From: Callorhinchus milii
Taxonomy: Eukaryota
Direction of reading: 5' to 3'
DNA length: 64,000 bases
Assembly: GCF_018977255.1 (NCBI RefSeq)
Contig: NW_024704742.1
Location: 3,536,001 to 3,600,000, forward strand
Shown here: positions 26,129-38,568 of the stretch, in pieces
How the letters are laid out: each line of letters starts with the position of its first letter
Position numbering within the stretch: the first letter of the stretch is position 1
Program-made: the position numbers and the translations under genes
Notes under the pieces: generated by a model
Databases searched by the model: none
Told to the model about the DNA's origin: nothing
The model's input: only the letters and a program-made list of their open reading frames with translations

Positions 26129-26555
26129 TAATAATAATCCTTGCATTTGATATTACAGCGCCTTATCACATCTTCGAGACGTCTCGAAGAATATACCGTT
26201 AAGTAAATTGACTGTATGTTTTTGTGGCCGAAACGCAGCACCCAATTGCGCACAGCAGTGTCCCACAAACAGTCATGGATTGAAGTGACCACTTTATTAT
26301 TAGTATTTTTAAAGGAATTATTATCCCCGGATAAGCAATCCACCGATCGACTAACAACCGGGTTCCTACTCACTCCTTCCTCTTCGACCGTGCTTTCGAT
26401 CTTCCTGCTTCCCCCCCTGTCCCACCACGACCCTCAGCTCGGGTCCGTAACTCCGTCTGTCCAGCCCCTTGGGAAGTCTCGCCCCTGCCGGGAATCAAAC
26501 ACAGGTCTCTCGCTCGGGAGGCGAGCGAACTAACCACTGAGCTACAGGACCCCAC
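26129..26555 (-). mobile_element. SINE family A, internal segment replaced by an opposite-strand L2 3'-UTR fragment (~26375-26478)
   Basis: Tail TAATAATAATCCTTGCATTTGA and head GGGAATCAAAC...CACTGAGCTACAGGACCCCAC. The insert TTCCTCTTCGACCGTGCTTTCG...CTGTCCAGCCCCTTGGGA matches the L2 3' ends elsewhere in the window. Confidence 0.85.
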
Positions 26556-27096
26556 GTGCCAGCAGAGCGTTAAATTGTTTTAAAAAATCATCAATTAATT
26601 TTTAACAGTACGAAACGAAGCATCCTAATTCAGTCCCTAACACGGCATCCATCACTCCAGAAACTGCTACGTTGTCACGGCAGAACTGGTTTCATTTATT
26701 GTAATGAGAATTGAAAATAAACGCCGCAGGCAACTCGCAGAGCTAGAACATGCTTTTTTTTTTAAGCAAATCGACTTTAACACGAACACAGAAGTCATGA
26801 AGAAAGTCGGCAGGCAAATTCTGGAGCGTTATTGGTTACAGACTAAAATCTGATCGGTCACGTTTTCCAGTTACTCTGCAGAGTAAAACCACAGGGAAAA
26901 AAAAAGGTCGCTGTCAACAACGTGCCCACGTTTGATTTAGGGCTCGGGTTGAACCCGCAGCCAACAGACCAGCGCCAACTCCACCATCTGCAGCAGAAGC
27001 AAGAAACACGAGTGACAAGCAAAGGGGTCTCAGCCTCTTAATATTTTCCACATGTGTTTCGCTGATTCTATGATGACTCACAGATTAACCTGTATG

Positions 27097-27120
27097 CGTG
27101 TGTGTGTGTGTGTGTGTGTG

Positions 27121-27156
<36 letters not shown>
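27097..27156. repeat. (TG)n(TA)n microsatellite
   Basis: Directly visible. Confidence 0.95.
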
Positions 27157-27158
<2 letters not shown>

Positions 27159-27811
27159 GCACACGCACACACAGACATCAATAAATTCCGAGACAGAAAC
27201 AAAAAAGCCCACGTGTAAAATCTCTCCCCACCCTGCCTCACGCACACACAAACACTTTACTGCTTGTATTCAGCTGGTGTCTGACACCCTCCAAGTTAAT
27301 AACGATAATAATCCTTGCATCTGAAATAGCGCCTGATCAGGTAGTCGAGGCGTCTCAAAAAGCATTTCACGGGCACACGCTTCAGAGTGGAACGGGCTGT
27401 GTTATTCTGTGTAATCCTGCGTACGTTTAAATGCAGTGAGTAAAAACCCTCGCTGGAATATCCGAAACCCCCTCTCTCGCTTGTCTTTTGTAAGCAGCAC
27501 TCGCTTGGGTGTTGAAGTGAGGTAATGTTCTATCTCCCGCAGTATTTATACAGCCTCCTGGGAACGCTGAAATCCACTCTCACAAAGCATTAAAACAAAC
27601 CTCAGGAAACTCTCTCTCGGGGCTCGTAATATACCTTTCCAGCCCTGGGCTAATAACCCATTTTGGTTTTAACTGAACCCCTTGCGACCCTCCCAGAAAC
27701 GTTCAACCAGGATTGCGGTCTTAGACCAGGTTTGTTCACCATTTGTTAATCCTCTTAGCTTTCCTTTAAGGAACGCAGCTGCTAGTGAAGTTTGCAATCA
27801 TTTCAGTAACT

Positions 27812-27956
27812 AGTGTGTGTGTGTGGTGTGCGTGTGGTGGGTGTGTGTGTGTGATGTGCGTGTGTGTGTATGTGGTGTGTGTGTGTGGTGTGCGTGTATG
27901 GTGTGTGGGCATGTGTGGTGCACGTGTGTCCGTGGTGTGTGTGTGTGTGTGTGTGT
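27812..27956. repeat. Degenerate (GT)n microsatellite
   Basis: Directly visible. Confidence 0.95.
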
Positions 27957-30788
27957 TGGCGGTGAGGATCTGAGCCACTTTGCATTTCCCGTTCTTTAAA
28001 CAGTCTGGATTCCTCGTTCCCCACGTACAAAGAGTATTTTTTTCTCCCCTCTGGAGCAGTGACACTGGATAGCGTTGCACAAACAAGGGGGTTAACTTGC
28101 AAGGAAATTCGCTTCGACCATCACAACTGCGGGTGTCTGTGGCTTTTTGCTTGTTAAAGGCAGGCTCTGGTGGAAAAGCATCCTGAGCCCCAGAAATAAG
28201 CAGATGAAGCCAGCTCTGGTTGGTTTATACTTAATGCACATCATCCTTCCTCTGGCTTTTCGTTCCCTTTCTCAATCTGGCCCGACTGGGAGGGGTGGGG
28301 TCGAAGGGGTAGTACTTGGTGCCCAGTGAGTGAAAAACGGCTTTGGTTCGGTTGGGAGCCTAATTATTTTTTATTTAAACCTGCAAAACATTTTTCACCA
28401 CCCCCCACCCCCCCACCCACCCCACCACACCCCACACTTTTCTTGAAGATCTTTTCTTACACGGTTTCAAAAGCGTGAATCGGGGCCACTTCTCCTACCC
28501 TATAGGGGGCGATGCGTAATATCGGGCTACTTTTGGGGGGGGGGCGAGTGTTTGGTGGACTTCGGGCTACAAAATTGTAGTTTAATTTCTGGCAAACCTG
28601 TCCTCTTTGACTGACTCTCTCGCTCTCGCTGTCACAATTGGGTTTTTTCCGATGCAACCCTGCTCCGAGTGCCCCAGCTGGGCAGAAATTGCCAAAAAGA
28701 CAACCCACTTTGCTTATCTTGACCAGTTACAAATTGACGCCATTGACCCGTCCTCTCAATCTTCACCGCTGCCGCTGAAGCCAATTCATGCTTTCGTTGG
28801 CCTGCAACTCGCACAGTCACTACGCTTCACACCTCCCGATGCTTGTCGAGACGTTTCCTGAAAGGCACTTTATCGAATACAGGATTTATTGCTCGATTAC
28901 TTCCGTTCCAGGTTTTATTGTACAAAAACATTTTGAAGTGCAGAGCAGCCGTCTGTTGGTGTTGGTGCACGTAAAGGGTTTTTTTTTTTTCTGCGCACTT
29001 TTGGGAAACGTACCAACTGATATTTCTTTTCAAAAGAAAATTATATTCCTTTTCCAGAAACTGTCAAATCTAATCGTTTATTTCTGAAAATCTATAAATT
29101 GAGGAGGGGGGTGGGGGGGAGAAATATAGGCAAGGTTTGCTCCTCCCCTAATTTTATTTTAACTGCGAAGCAAATTGAGCAAATGGTCCTCTCCTTTAAA
29201 ACCTTTCTGGTTTAAACCCTGGTGTCTGAACACCAGTGACTGCCCAAGTCCTGGATTCACTTCAGTTCATTTGAATGAAAGGGGAAAGCAATTGAACCTA
29301 ACCACGTACTGCACGAAATAAATAGATTAGTGAAACCATTCAAAACGCCGCTCTTTAATTATTAAATCAAACGTCAACCACATATTTACAAAAGAAGTAA
29401 GCCCGAGCCAAGTTTGTGTGGTCACGAGCAGAAAGTCAACAAGACTCGAAAGCATAATATATTTCACAGTTGAGCTCCCCCACCCCATAGCTCTCGACAG
29501 CTGAAAGATTTAATGGTAGGGATTTGCGGCTTACTCCTTCCTTTTCACACTGAGAATATAATAATGATTATAATAATAATCCTTGCATTTGATATAGCGC
29601 CTTATCACGTCGTTGAGACGTCTCAAAGTGCTTCACGGGATACACCGTAAAGTGGATTGGCTGTGTAATTTGTGGCCCAATGTCAAAAGCCACAGAGAAG
29701 ACGTGTCATTAGAACTTTTATAATGTTCAGGCAATGCCTCGAGTCGAATTCCTACCCACCGCACGAGCAAAACAAAAGTAAACACGAGCGTTAGGAATCC
29801 CTCGAAATCCCTTGGGAGACGTGAACGGGTTGGGAAAGTGTACCTCACGTTAATTCGGGAAAGGTTTCCTTTTCTGCGGCGAAACATTCCGGCGAATGTA
29901 TTCATGCGTCGCTCTCGCCACGCAATCTGTATTATTTAGCAGAACGCAACAGAACAAATGTTAAGCCACTTGCCTGACAGCGGCTTTTGAGCCTGGCTGT
30001 GTGTTTTGAGGTGTTTTGGTCTGTGTGTCGCTTGTATTTATTTGGATTGAAGTTGGAAAGGATCGGAATCGTTCTCTCTGTAAGGAGCAACAGCGCTGAG
30101 GCTTCCGATTCTGTGCCACCGCTATCCTAAGATGGCTCTTATCCGAGGACAAAACAAATCCTTACTAAAAACATCGTAGGAGACGATGGCATCACACGTA
30201 GGCAGCGTTACTGTGCGTTGCTTTTCTTTCGGAAGAGACGAAGGGCTGTTTGGAAGCTTCGTCCTGAAATGCTGCAAAGCTCTTTACTTCCAAATATTGC
30301 CCTTTTCTGCATTGAATTTGCTTACACCATCGGCCTCTTCACAAAATAAATGTCCCGCTTATCCAGCAATCAGCACGAGTGCGGAGCCGAAATTTTGATA
30401 ACAGCCATGGCGTTAGGCCAAATTGTACGGGGGGGTTAAGAGTATTTTGATATTCCTGGTTTATACTTCAGGAACACACTGCCATATATGTACGTCCAGT
30501 AGTTATTTTTCTCTCTCTTTGCTGAGGCAAGTAACGCCCAGAGTCCTCCGTCTATGAGTTTGCCATTCGCGTTGCCCCCACGCAGTGTCCTCAAGAACAT
30601 GCCACAAAAGCATCAATCAGCAAGTCGGAGGCCAAAGTTGCAACTCATCTGTTATGTTTCCCCTATTCCCCTCCACCAACGGTTTTGTTGCAATAACAAA
30701 CAGTGCAGCACCTTGCTGAAATAACACGCTTAAACATACCGACACACACACAGACTTACAGACGCGCGCGCGAGCACACACACACGAA

Positions 30789-30990
30789 CAGAGCAATGCC
30801 TTGTAGGAATAGCACACGTTAAATAGCACACACACACACACAGAGCAATGCCTTGTAGGAATAGCACACGTTAAATAGCACACACACACACACACAGAGC
30901 AATGCCTTGTAGGAATAGCATACATTTAATAGCACACACACGCACACACACACACACGCGCGCACACACAGCAATGCCTTGTTGAAATAG
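30789..30990. repeat. Minisatellite: CAGAGCAATGCCTTGTAGGAATAGCACACGTTAAATAG + (CA)n, about 3.5 units
   Basis: Units start at 30789, 30841 and 30895, with a partial unit at 30969. Confidence 0.95.
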
Positions 30991-32089
30991 TGTAGACCTG
31001 ATTGAATGATTACTTAGCGGTGACTCCTTTGAAAAGTGCACATTTAAAAATATTTACATAGAGCAGCGAATCATTGGGTCGGTGCACATTCAGAAAAGAC
31101 GTACAGCCCCATTTCGGAGGCATTTCAGAGTGAGACTAATTTCCTCACGCAGGAAAGCATCGAATCTTTTTTTTTTAAAAAACAAGTTACAAAGCCAATG
31201 AAAAGGTGATACTGTGCACAGCGCAGAGCAGGGTGGTCAAAATGACGTGTGTTTTCTTTCTCTCCCTCGTTAGTCATTCCTTGAAATACACTTAGATGTC
31301 TGCTCGCTGCTGGCATTTTTGGTTCGGGAAACGGGACACATTGTGGGCCCTCACTGCGGTTTACAGAACAGATTCCTCATGTACAATGCCGTGGGTCACT
31401 GCACCGTTTTACTATGGCTCCGGCCAATGCCAAAACGACGCCCTCAAGTGCTCAGGAGCATGACCTGTCTGACACAACGAGATTTATAGTATTTATTCAG
31501 AGCTCATGCCACTTAGAGCAAAGCTGAGATAATCTGCCCACTTCTGAATACCGCGGAAAGTCAAATCGGTTAATGCCATTTTACATCTGTGTTTCACGAC
31601 AAAGGGAAGTGTTGTAAAGGGCTCAGAATCAGCTCATTTGACAAACACATTGATTGTGCATTTTTTTTCTAAACATTTCGCCCGATTTAATAGCTTCTGA
31701 TTCAACAGGACCTTTTTTTTTTTTTGCACAGCTCCTGGGACGTTGGGAGTCAATGAGTGATTTGTTTAGTCGAATTCCTCAATCCTCCTGGGAACAGCAA
31801 AGCTGTCTTTGTAGAGAAAGTACTTCATTAGGAGCTTTTTATAAAAATATATGAACGCTCCGAATTATTAATATGGGTCACTGGTCCTCTCTGATTGCCT
31901 GAGGTATCTTATACTGAAGTCAAAGCTTTGCTTGAGTTTTTAAAAGAAAAAAAAATAAAAGACTTTAGTGATTATTTGTGCAATCAAATCCACTCTGAGG
32001 GAAAGTAATCAATTCTCGCAAATCAAAGCCTGTTTGTGAGAAGTACAAATTTGTTAATAAGCCCAAAGACTTGGATAAGCAAACGCCAG

Positions 32090-32335
32090 TAATAATAATA
32101 AAAAGAATAAGAATAATCCTTGCATTTGATATAGCGCCTTATCACGCCTGATACGTCTCAGAGTGCTTCACAGAATATATTGTAAGTATACTCCCCCACC
32201 CTCCACCCCTCACTCGGGTCCAAAAAACCTTGACTGTCCAGCCCCTGGGATGAACTTCCTCTGCGAAGGGCGCTATACAAGTGTAATGTGTCGTTGTTTT
32301 TGTTGTAAAGTGAATTGACTGTATATTTTGCCACC
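32090..32335 (-). mobile_element. SINE 3' fragment interrupted by a plus-strand L2 3' end
   Basis: The SINE sequence resumes after an insert (32186-32302) flanked by TTGTAA on both sides. Confidence 0.8.
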
Positions 32336-35300
32336 ACCTCCTTGTAGCTGGAAGACACCATAATCTGATCCGAACAGTCAAGATGTTATCGACTTGCCAC
32401 TCTTCGTTCAATGTTTGGATTCCCCTCGATGGGAACCTACGATAAACCTACGATGGGAACGGCGGAAGAGATTGGCTTACGAGGACACTTCTCTTGCCGT
32501 TCAATGCGCTCGTGCGACGAACCCATTTGACTACTTTGGCCTCCAACTACTTTTTAAAGCAGTTTAAACGTAGTGAAAGAAAAAGCGATTTCCAAATTAA
32601 AAAATGAATTTAAGAATTTTTTGCACAATTCTGCCGTGTTGATGTAGAACGTACAGCTGGTGCACTCGTGGTTTAGACCACAAACCTGCACCTATTTCAG
32701 AACCAACTCCTTATTTTAAGTAGTATTTACAACTAGCAATCGAATCAGCACAAGCCAAGCAGCCAGTCAGCCAGCCCTGCATTAGATTTTTACATTGGAT
32801 GGACTGGAAAACAGGAGGAATGAAGAAAAACTTGAAAATAAAGGAACGCGGGCGCACGTTTCTAGCTGCGAGCGATTATATTTGAATTAAACATCAGGGA
32901 AAAAGCAATCTTTGGAAAAAGTGTCATAAAACGGGGTTTATAAACAAACACACACGCTGGACATTTCTTTGGTGAATCGGAAAACAATGGCTGCATTGAA
33001 TACGCGCAGGTTTCCAAAACATTTCACCGAAATGTTGTTTTATGCCTTATTCCAGTCAATTTACTGCGGCGGGGTGGGGGGAGGGAAATGCTTCTGATCT
33101 ATAAATGTTCCCTTTAGATTGACTTACTCCGTAAAACATATCACACAACCCAATCCATTGCAAATGTTTAATTGATAGTCATCTTTTCTGTTCCTATGTA
33201 TTTGAATGGGCCACTTTGTGCTTTACCTTCATTATAAAGCACACACTGTTTGTGGGACACTGCTGTGCGCAATTGGCTGCCGTGTGTCACTTACAAAATA
33301 TACAGTCAATTCACCTTACAGTATATTCAGTGCAGTGCTTTGAAACAGAGAAACATTGTGTGGATGTGCCTTATCAAATGCAAGGATTATTATCAATAAA
33401 TAAAGAAACACACAAACAAACGCACAAACACACCAACCAACAAACAAACACACACACACACACACACAACTTTTTAATTCAATACTTCTTTCCTAGTCAT
33501 ATTAGAAATCAGGTTTGCTTAATAAAAAGCTGAAAAAGTAACAGATTGTTCATTCGTACAACAATAACAACAACTTCCGTTTATAATAGATTCCTTGAAC
33601 AATCTTAGACAACATTGGTTGTCCTCAATTATTGTCATTATTGGTTTATTCTCCCGATGTGAGACACTACTGTATATAAATACCATTTGTTGTTGTTGTT
33701 GTTGTTGTATCACTGACACAATGGCATTTGCTCAGTGCCTTCCGTCCAAAGCAAAATTGTGTAAACAGCCATAAGAAACAAAATGTTGAAAAATGCAAGC
33801 CTTCGGAGGCAGCTTATATTGATTACAACTTAATATCTTTCTGGATCAAAATGGCGAAACAGTATATCTAGCTGCAATCTGTTGTGGGCACAGATATCAG
33901 TGGCTATTAACAGAGAAATACTCAGCACAGCGGAAGCAAAAGCATGGCACCCAAGCTCCTGAGACACGAGCATACGGTGCTGAATAGCGGGACTTTGCGC
34001 TGTTGTTCAGTAACGTGTGGGGTTGGGTTTTGAAATAATGGTTGAAAGGCTCTTACTTTCTGCCCGTATTATGACTCCCACCATTTTATTAGCTGCAGCA
34101 GCACGGAAAGGATCAGATCGCAGGTCACACGCATTTCGCAAAATAAGGCGACGCAACTTCATTTGAATCGGACATTAAATTTACTATTGACCAAAAGTGC
34201 AAAGTAAATATTGAAGCGGGCGAACAATTCGCAGGTTAAACGTAGTCTACAGAAAACCGCCTGGAGAGTTGGAAGTTGGATTGATAACCCCGAGGGTTGG
34301 TTTAGTCGTACTCCGATACTAAGCCGAGGTGCAATGCAGGTACCACCGAATTACATTGACCGATGACAACAACCGTGACCGTCCCAGCTTACAACAATTT
34401 TCAGACCTTCTGGGCAAATGCCGACAAGGGCCACAGATTGAAGTGATTATGAAGAGGAGAGGTAAGACCATTAAATCAATTACAATAAATTAACGGTGTT
34501 TAAATTAATGTGGAAAAATTACTGGGGACCCAATAAATTCCAACTTCTGAGACACGAGGAAATTACAGATAAGTGGTACAAGATGAAAGTAGGGATTAGA
34601 ATAATACCCACGTTCATATCTTCAGAAGAAGGGAGCTTCTATATTACAAAGAAACAAAGCATACTCTCTCTGATAGCCGTACCAAGACACTGACTTCACT
34701 TAAGCAAGCAATTCCACAAACCACAGTTATCCCTGTGTATTGTGGTAAGAGGCAAAACTCAGGAGGTTTCTGGCATTATCAGTGAATAGTTCACTTACTG
34801 CGCCCAGGGAGACAACTCAGTAATTTCCTATCAGTAAAGCCATAACGTTTAATAAATCAGTTGCCGCATTTGGCTTACAATTTGCAGCAATAAGCAAAAA
34901 GGTACGTGGAACTAAAATTAGCTCCCGTTGTTCCTTACACGAATATCTCTCTGTGTTTGCAGGGCTGGCTTTCATCCAAGGCTTCAGCTGTTGTGGCGAA
35001 AAAATATTGCTTCACTCCACAGACCCGATATCCCATCCATTACCCAGATTGATGCAAAATCTTACTTTTAGACCTTGCTTTTGGCTCGCGCTCTCCCGCC
35101 AGGCTGCCTGTTGGTCTAGATTCAAAGACAGTTTAACGTTCGACAAGATTCTGCCTTTTGTTAACTCTGCGTCACATCAAAGTGCACTTCTCTCACATCG
35201 CTCATTGCTTGGTGCTCGGTTATCCTGTAACGCTGACCTCTTACACAACTAACGAAAAGGAAATATTTACATTTTGAATCGATGTAAACTTCTTAGGCGG

Positions 35301-35652
35301 CATTGAGGTTTTTAGTAACCAAGCTAAATGCTGTACGGTGGAGGAAGCACACTCCACCAATGGCCTTTCCTTAGCTGAGCCTTAAGATGGGGGTAAACCT
35401 GTCCTCGCCAGGCTCCACTGCCTCCCTGAAACACAACGCATCAATTTCAAGATCCTCACCCTCGTCTTCCACTCTGCCACTGTTGAGTGCCCCAAGGCTG
35501 TGCCCCGCCGGAAAGGTGCTGCATACATGCAAGTTGTTTCTGTTGTTGTAAATACTTACCCAGCCATTCTATTTACCGTATACATATTTATACGTCTGAA
35601 TAAATATACGTGCCTCCCTCGTTCAGCCTCTTTGACTGTGCTTTCGGTCGTC

Positions 35653-36030
35653 GTGGAGTCCTTGTAGCTCAGCGGTTAGAGCACTCGCCTCGCAAGCGAG
35701 AGACCTGGGTTCGATTCCCGGGCAGGGTGAAATATTGGGCAAATTTCCTTACTCCACACGCCTCTGTTTACCTGGCAGTGAGTAGGAACCCGGTTGTTAA
35801 GTCGATTAGCGGATCACTTTTCCCAGGATAATAATCCCTCAAAAATACAATAATAATTTGGTCACTTGAATCCACGAGTGTTTGTGGGACATTGCTGTGT
35901 GCAATTGGCTGCCACATTTCACCCACAAATATACAGTCAATTCACTTTACAGTCTATTCTGTGAAGCACTTTGAGACGTCGAGAAGACATGAAAAGTGCT
36001 GTATCAAATGCAAGAATGATTATTATTATT
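35653..36030 (+). mobile_element. Full-length tRNA-derived SINE, family A (tRNA-Ala-like head, CORE-like segment, L2-related tail)
   Basis: A box TAGCTCAGCGG (35665-35675), B box GGTTCGATTCC (35708-35718), anticodon-like arm CTCGC-CTCGCAA-GCGAG. Body TTGGGCAAATTTCCTTACTCCACACGCCTCTGTTTACC, tail ...TATCAAATGCAAG...(TTA)n. The sequence recurs many times in the window. Confidence 0.92.
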
Positions 36031-36714
36031 AGAAGCAGTATTAGTATTATTATCTTTCCCTTCCCCAACCTCCTTCGACTCCAACTCGGGTTCCTAGCCA
36101 GCACATTCACAATCAATCCACATTACAGTATACTCTGTGAAGTGCTTTGAGACGTCCTGCCGACATGAAAGTCGGTCTATAAATGTAATTTACCAGCTCG
36201 CGTCATCTGCCATGAAACAGCTGAAGCTGGCACAATGTCCAGAAAACATCCCTACCTAGGCACGAGCAAGAGTCTAACCCCCCCCACCCCCACCACCCTC
36301 CTGTGTTGACAGATTCACATCAGTAAAGAGGTTCAACGTGCGTGGATCTTTGTCCGAGTCTAATTGTTCCATCCACTTAAGCACATACACACGACACATC
36401 ATGTAAACTGTAAATCCGTGTGCATCTACAGTGGTGCAATGCTCATTGAGAAACAAGCTGGGAGCTTCGTCTGCGAGTAACGCAGGAATTCGACTGACGC
36501 AGTGTTATTTAATGCTCCAAATATAGATAGGATATAGTAGTACAAAAATTGAGTCATCCTAAATCCAGTCCCCGTGATTGGCCACACAACTGAAGAGCAT
36601 GTAATTATTTTGTACGATTCATTCAGAAAGGCACAAGCGCGACTAGTGTGGGAAATGGGACCCGTACACAGAGGGTAAGGCTTGAGTAAACATACACTGG
36701 TGAGGTAGACTTTG

Positions 36715-37079
36715 ATAATAATCCTTGCATTTGATATAGCGCCTTATCACGTGATTGAGACATCGCAAAGAGCTTTGCATGATATATTGTAACCCGTAGC
36801 CACTGTGTATTTTGTGGGTGAAACGCGGCAGCCAATTGTGCACAGTAGTATCCCACAAACACTCGTGGATTATTTATTTATGTATTTATTTTTGAAGGGA
36901 TTACTACCCCTGCAAAGCGATCCGCCACTCGACTAACAACCGGGTTTCTACTTACTGCGAGGTAAACAGAGACGTGTGGAGCAAGGAAACTTGCCTAAGG
37001 TTTCACCCCGCCTGGGAATCGAACTCGGGTCCTCTCGCTTGCGCGGCGAGTGCTCTAACCACGAGGCTACAGGATTCCA
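36715..37079 (-). mobile_element. Full-length SINE family A
   Basis: The reverse complement aligns end to end with 35653-36030 (head, body and tail). Confidence 0.92.
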
Positions 37080-37557
37080 GGAGTGCCTTACGCTGTATCC
37101 AGCCTGTGGCATATTTGATCTGGGTACGCTGGCGCGTGACTCAGTGTTACAAACCACAGAAATATTCTCATGTCAAGAGGTGATGTGCCCAAATCAATAT
37201 TTTCGAAAAAAATTAATCATGCACATCAAATCATAGAGTTTCATCCGATAAACACTTGAGTCGTCGACAACGACAGCTGGAATTGCAGTGTACCCTTGTC
37301 TCGTACCCAGCCACACTTTATTTTTATACAAATTAGTGTTTATTTTTCAATGATTTCCTGGGGAGATTCCCAAGAGGTTAGTTGCTTTCTCTGTGTGAAG
37401 GGCCCTATATAACTGCGAGTCATCTTCTCCATTTCTTTCTCCCTATGTTCTGCAAATCGCTCTCCTTTTTATGGCCGTTGTCTTTCTCCAAACGCCCTCA
37501 CCTCACGTGAAAGAGCAAGAGAGAATAGATCCACATTAGCACTGCGGCCTCAATGGT

Positions 37558-37770
37558 CATAACATAACATATAGGAGCAGGAGGAGGCCATTCGGCCTTT
37601 CGAGCCTCTGCCCCGCCATTCAATCATGGCTGATCTTCTAATCTAACTCCAGCTAATAACCTGACCTCGCCTTACCCCCATATCCCCCCTCCCCCCCAGC
37701 CTCTCCCCACCCTCTCCCCTGCCTTATCCCCATATCCCTTAATCCCTTTTGCAATAAAAAATCTATCTCA
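37558..37770 (-). mobile_element. CR1 3' UTR/tail (second subfamily)
   Basis: AACATATAGGAGCAGGAGGAGGCCATTCGGCC...CCGCCATTCAATCATGGCTGATC...CCCCATATCCCTT, a typical shark CR1 3' end. Confidence 0.8.
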
Positions 37771-38435
37771 AGCTGAGGTTTGCCACTCGTGGTATGTTTC
37801 AGAGTAGTTTTCCAGCTAGAACTACAAATATCAACTATTTATATAAAAGAGATGCTGTCCCTCTGACTGATCTTCCCGAATCCTGTAAACCATTTTAAGA
37901 AACAGCTCGATTCTGTAATGTAATAATAATCCTTGCATTTGATAAGAGCACCTTATCATGTCGCCGAGACGTCTCAAAGCTCTTCACATGGGAGGACTGC
38001 AGGGCTGGACACTCAGGAAGAACAAGATTGAATTGGTCAAAGGGCCTATTGGATCTGAACCTCTCTTATGATCTTTCGAATACAGTTTCAATGATTTCGT
38101 CAATTAACAATTGACGCTTAAACAGCACCGATTATGCTCGGAAGTACCTTAATTATGCAATTAACAGCCAATTTGAATAACTGATTATTAATGACGTTAA
38201 TGAGTCATTTTCATCGTATAATTATGCAAGTAAGAGAGATTCCTCTGTACACATTTGTTTAGAAGTGATTACAAGTGGCACATAATACTCTGCCTTTTGC
38301 CTTAAGTCAAATCTCTCACTTGCTGCACCAGAGGGTTCAGACCTTCATCTCCCACATCACCCAGCCTTACTTCATCTCGGGCGTCAAACTGACAATGTAA
38401 GCTGTGTTACTGCAACGCATCAACTAGCTTTATAC

Positions 38436-38568
38436 TGTCTGAACTCATTTCACTCGAGAGCCTTGCAGCTGGCAGAGGAAGGAAACTTTCATTCATTTGT
38501 TCTAGATTACATTTGAACCCAGGTCCCGGAGATGAAAGCACACCGCGAATCTCAAACAGCATCCAGTC
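38436..38568 (-). mobile_element. LF-SINE-like 5' fragment
   Basis: The reverse strand has GACTGGATG...CTTTCATCTC.GG..CTGGGTTCAAAT...GAAAGT...GTGAAATGAGTT in the same order as the recalled LF-SINE 5' consensus. Confidence 0.6.

Noticed and set aside
30789..30990. CRISPR-like repeat-spacer array
   Set aside because: The spacers are (CA)n microsatellite, there are no cas genes, and the context is vertebrate.
35653..35730. tRNA-Ala(CGC)-like cloverleaf as a tRNA gene
   Set aside because: The acceptor stem is incomplete and the sequence runs directly into the SINE body. It is a SINE head present in many copies.
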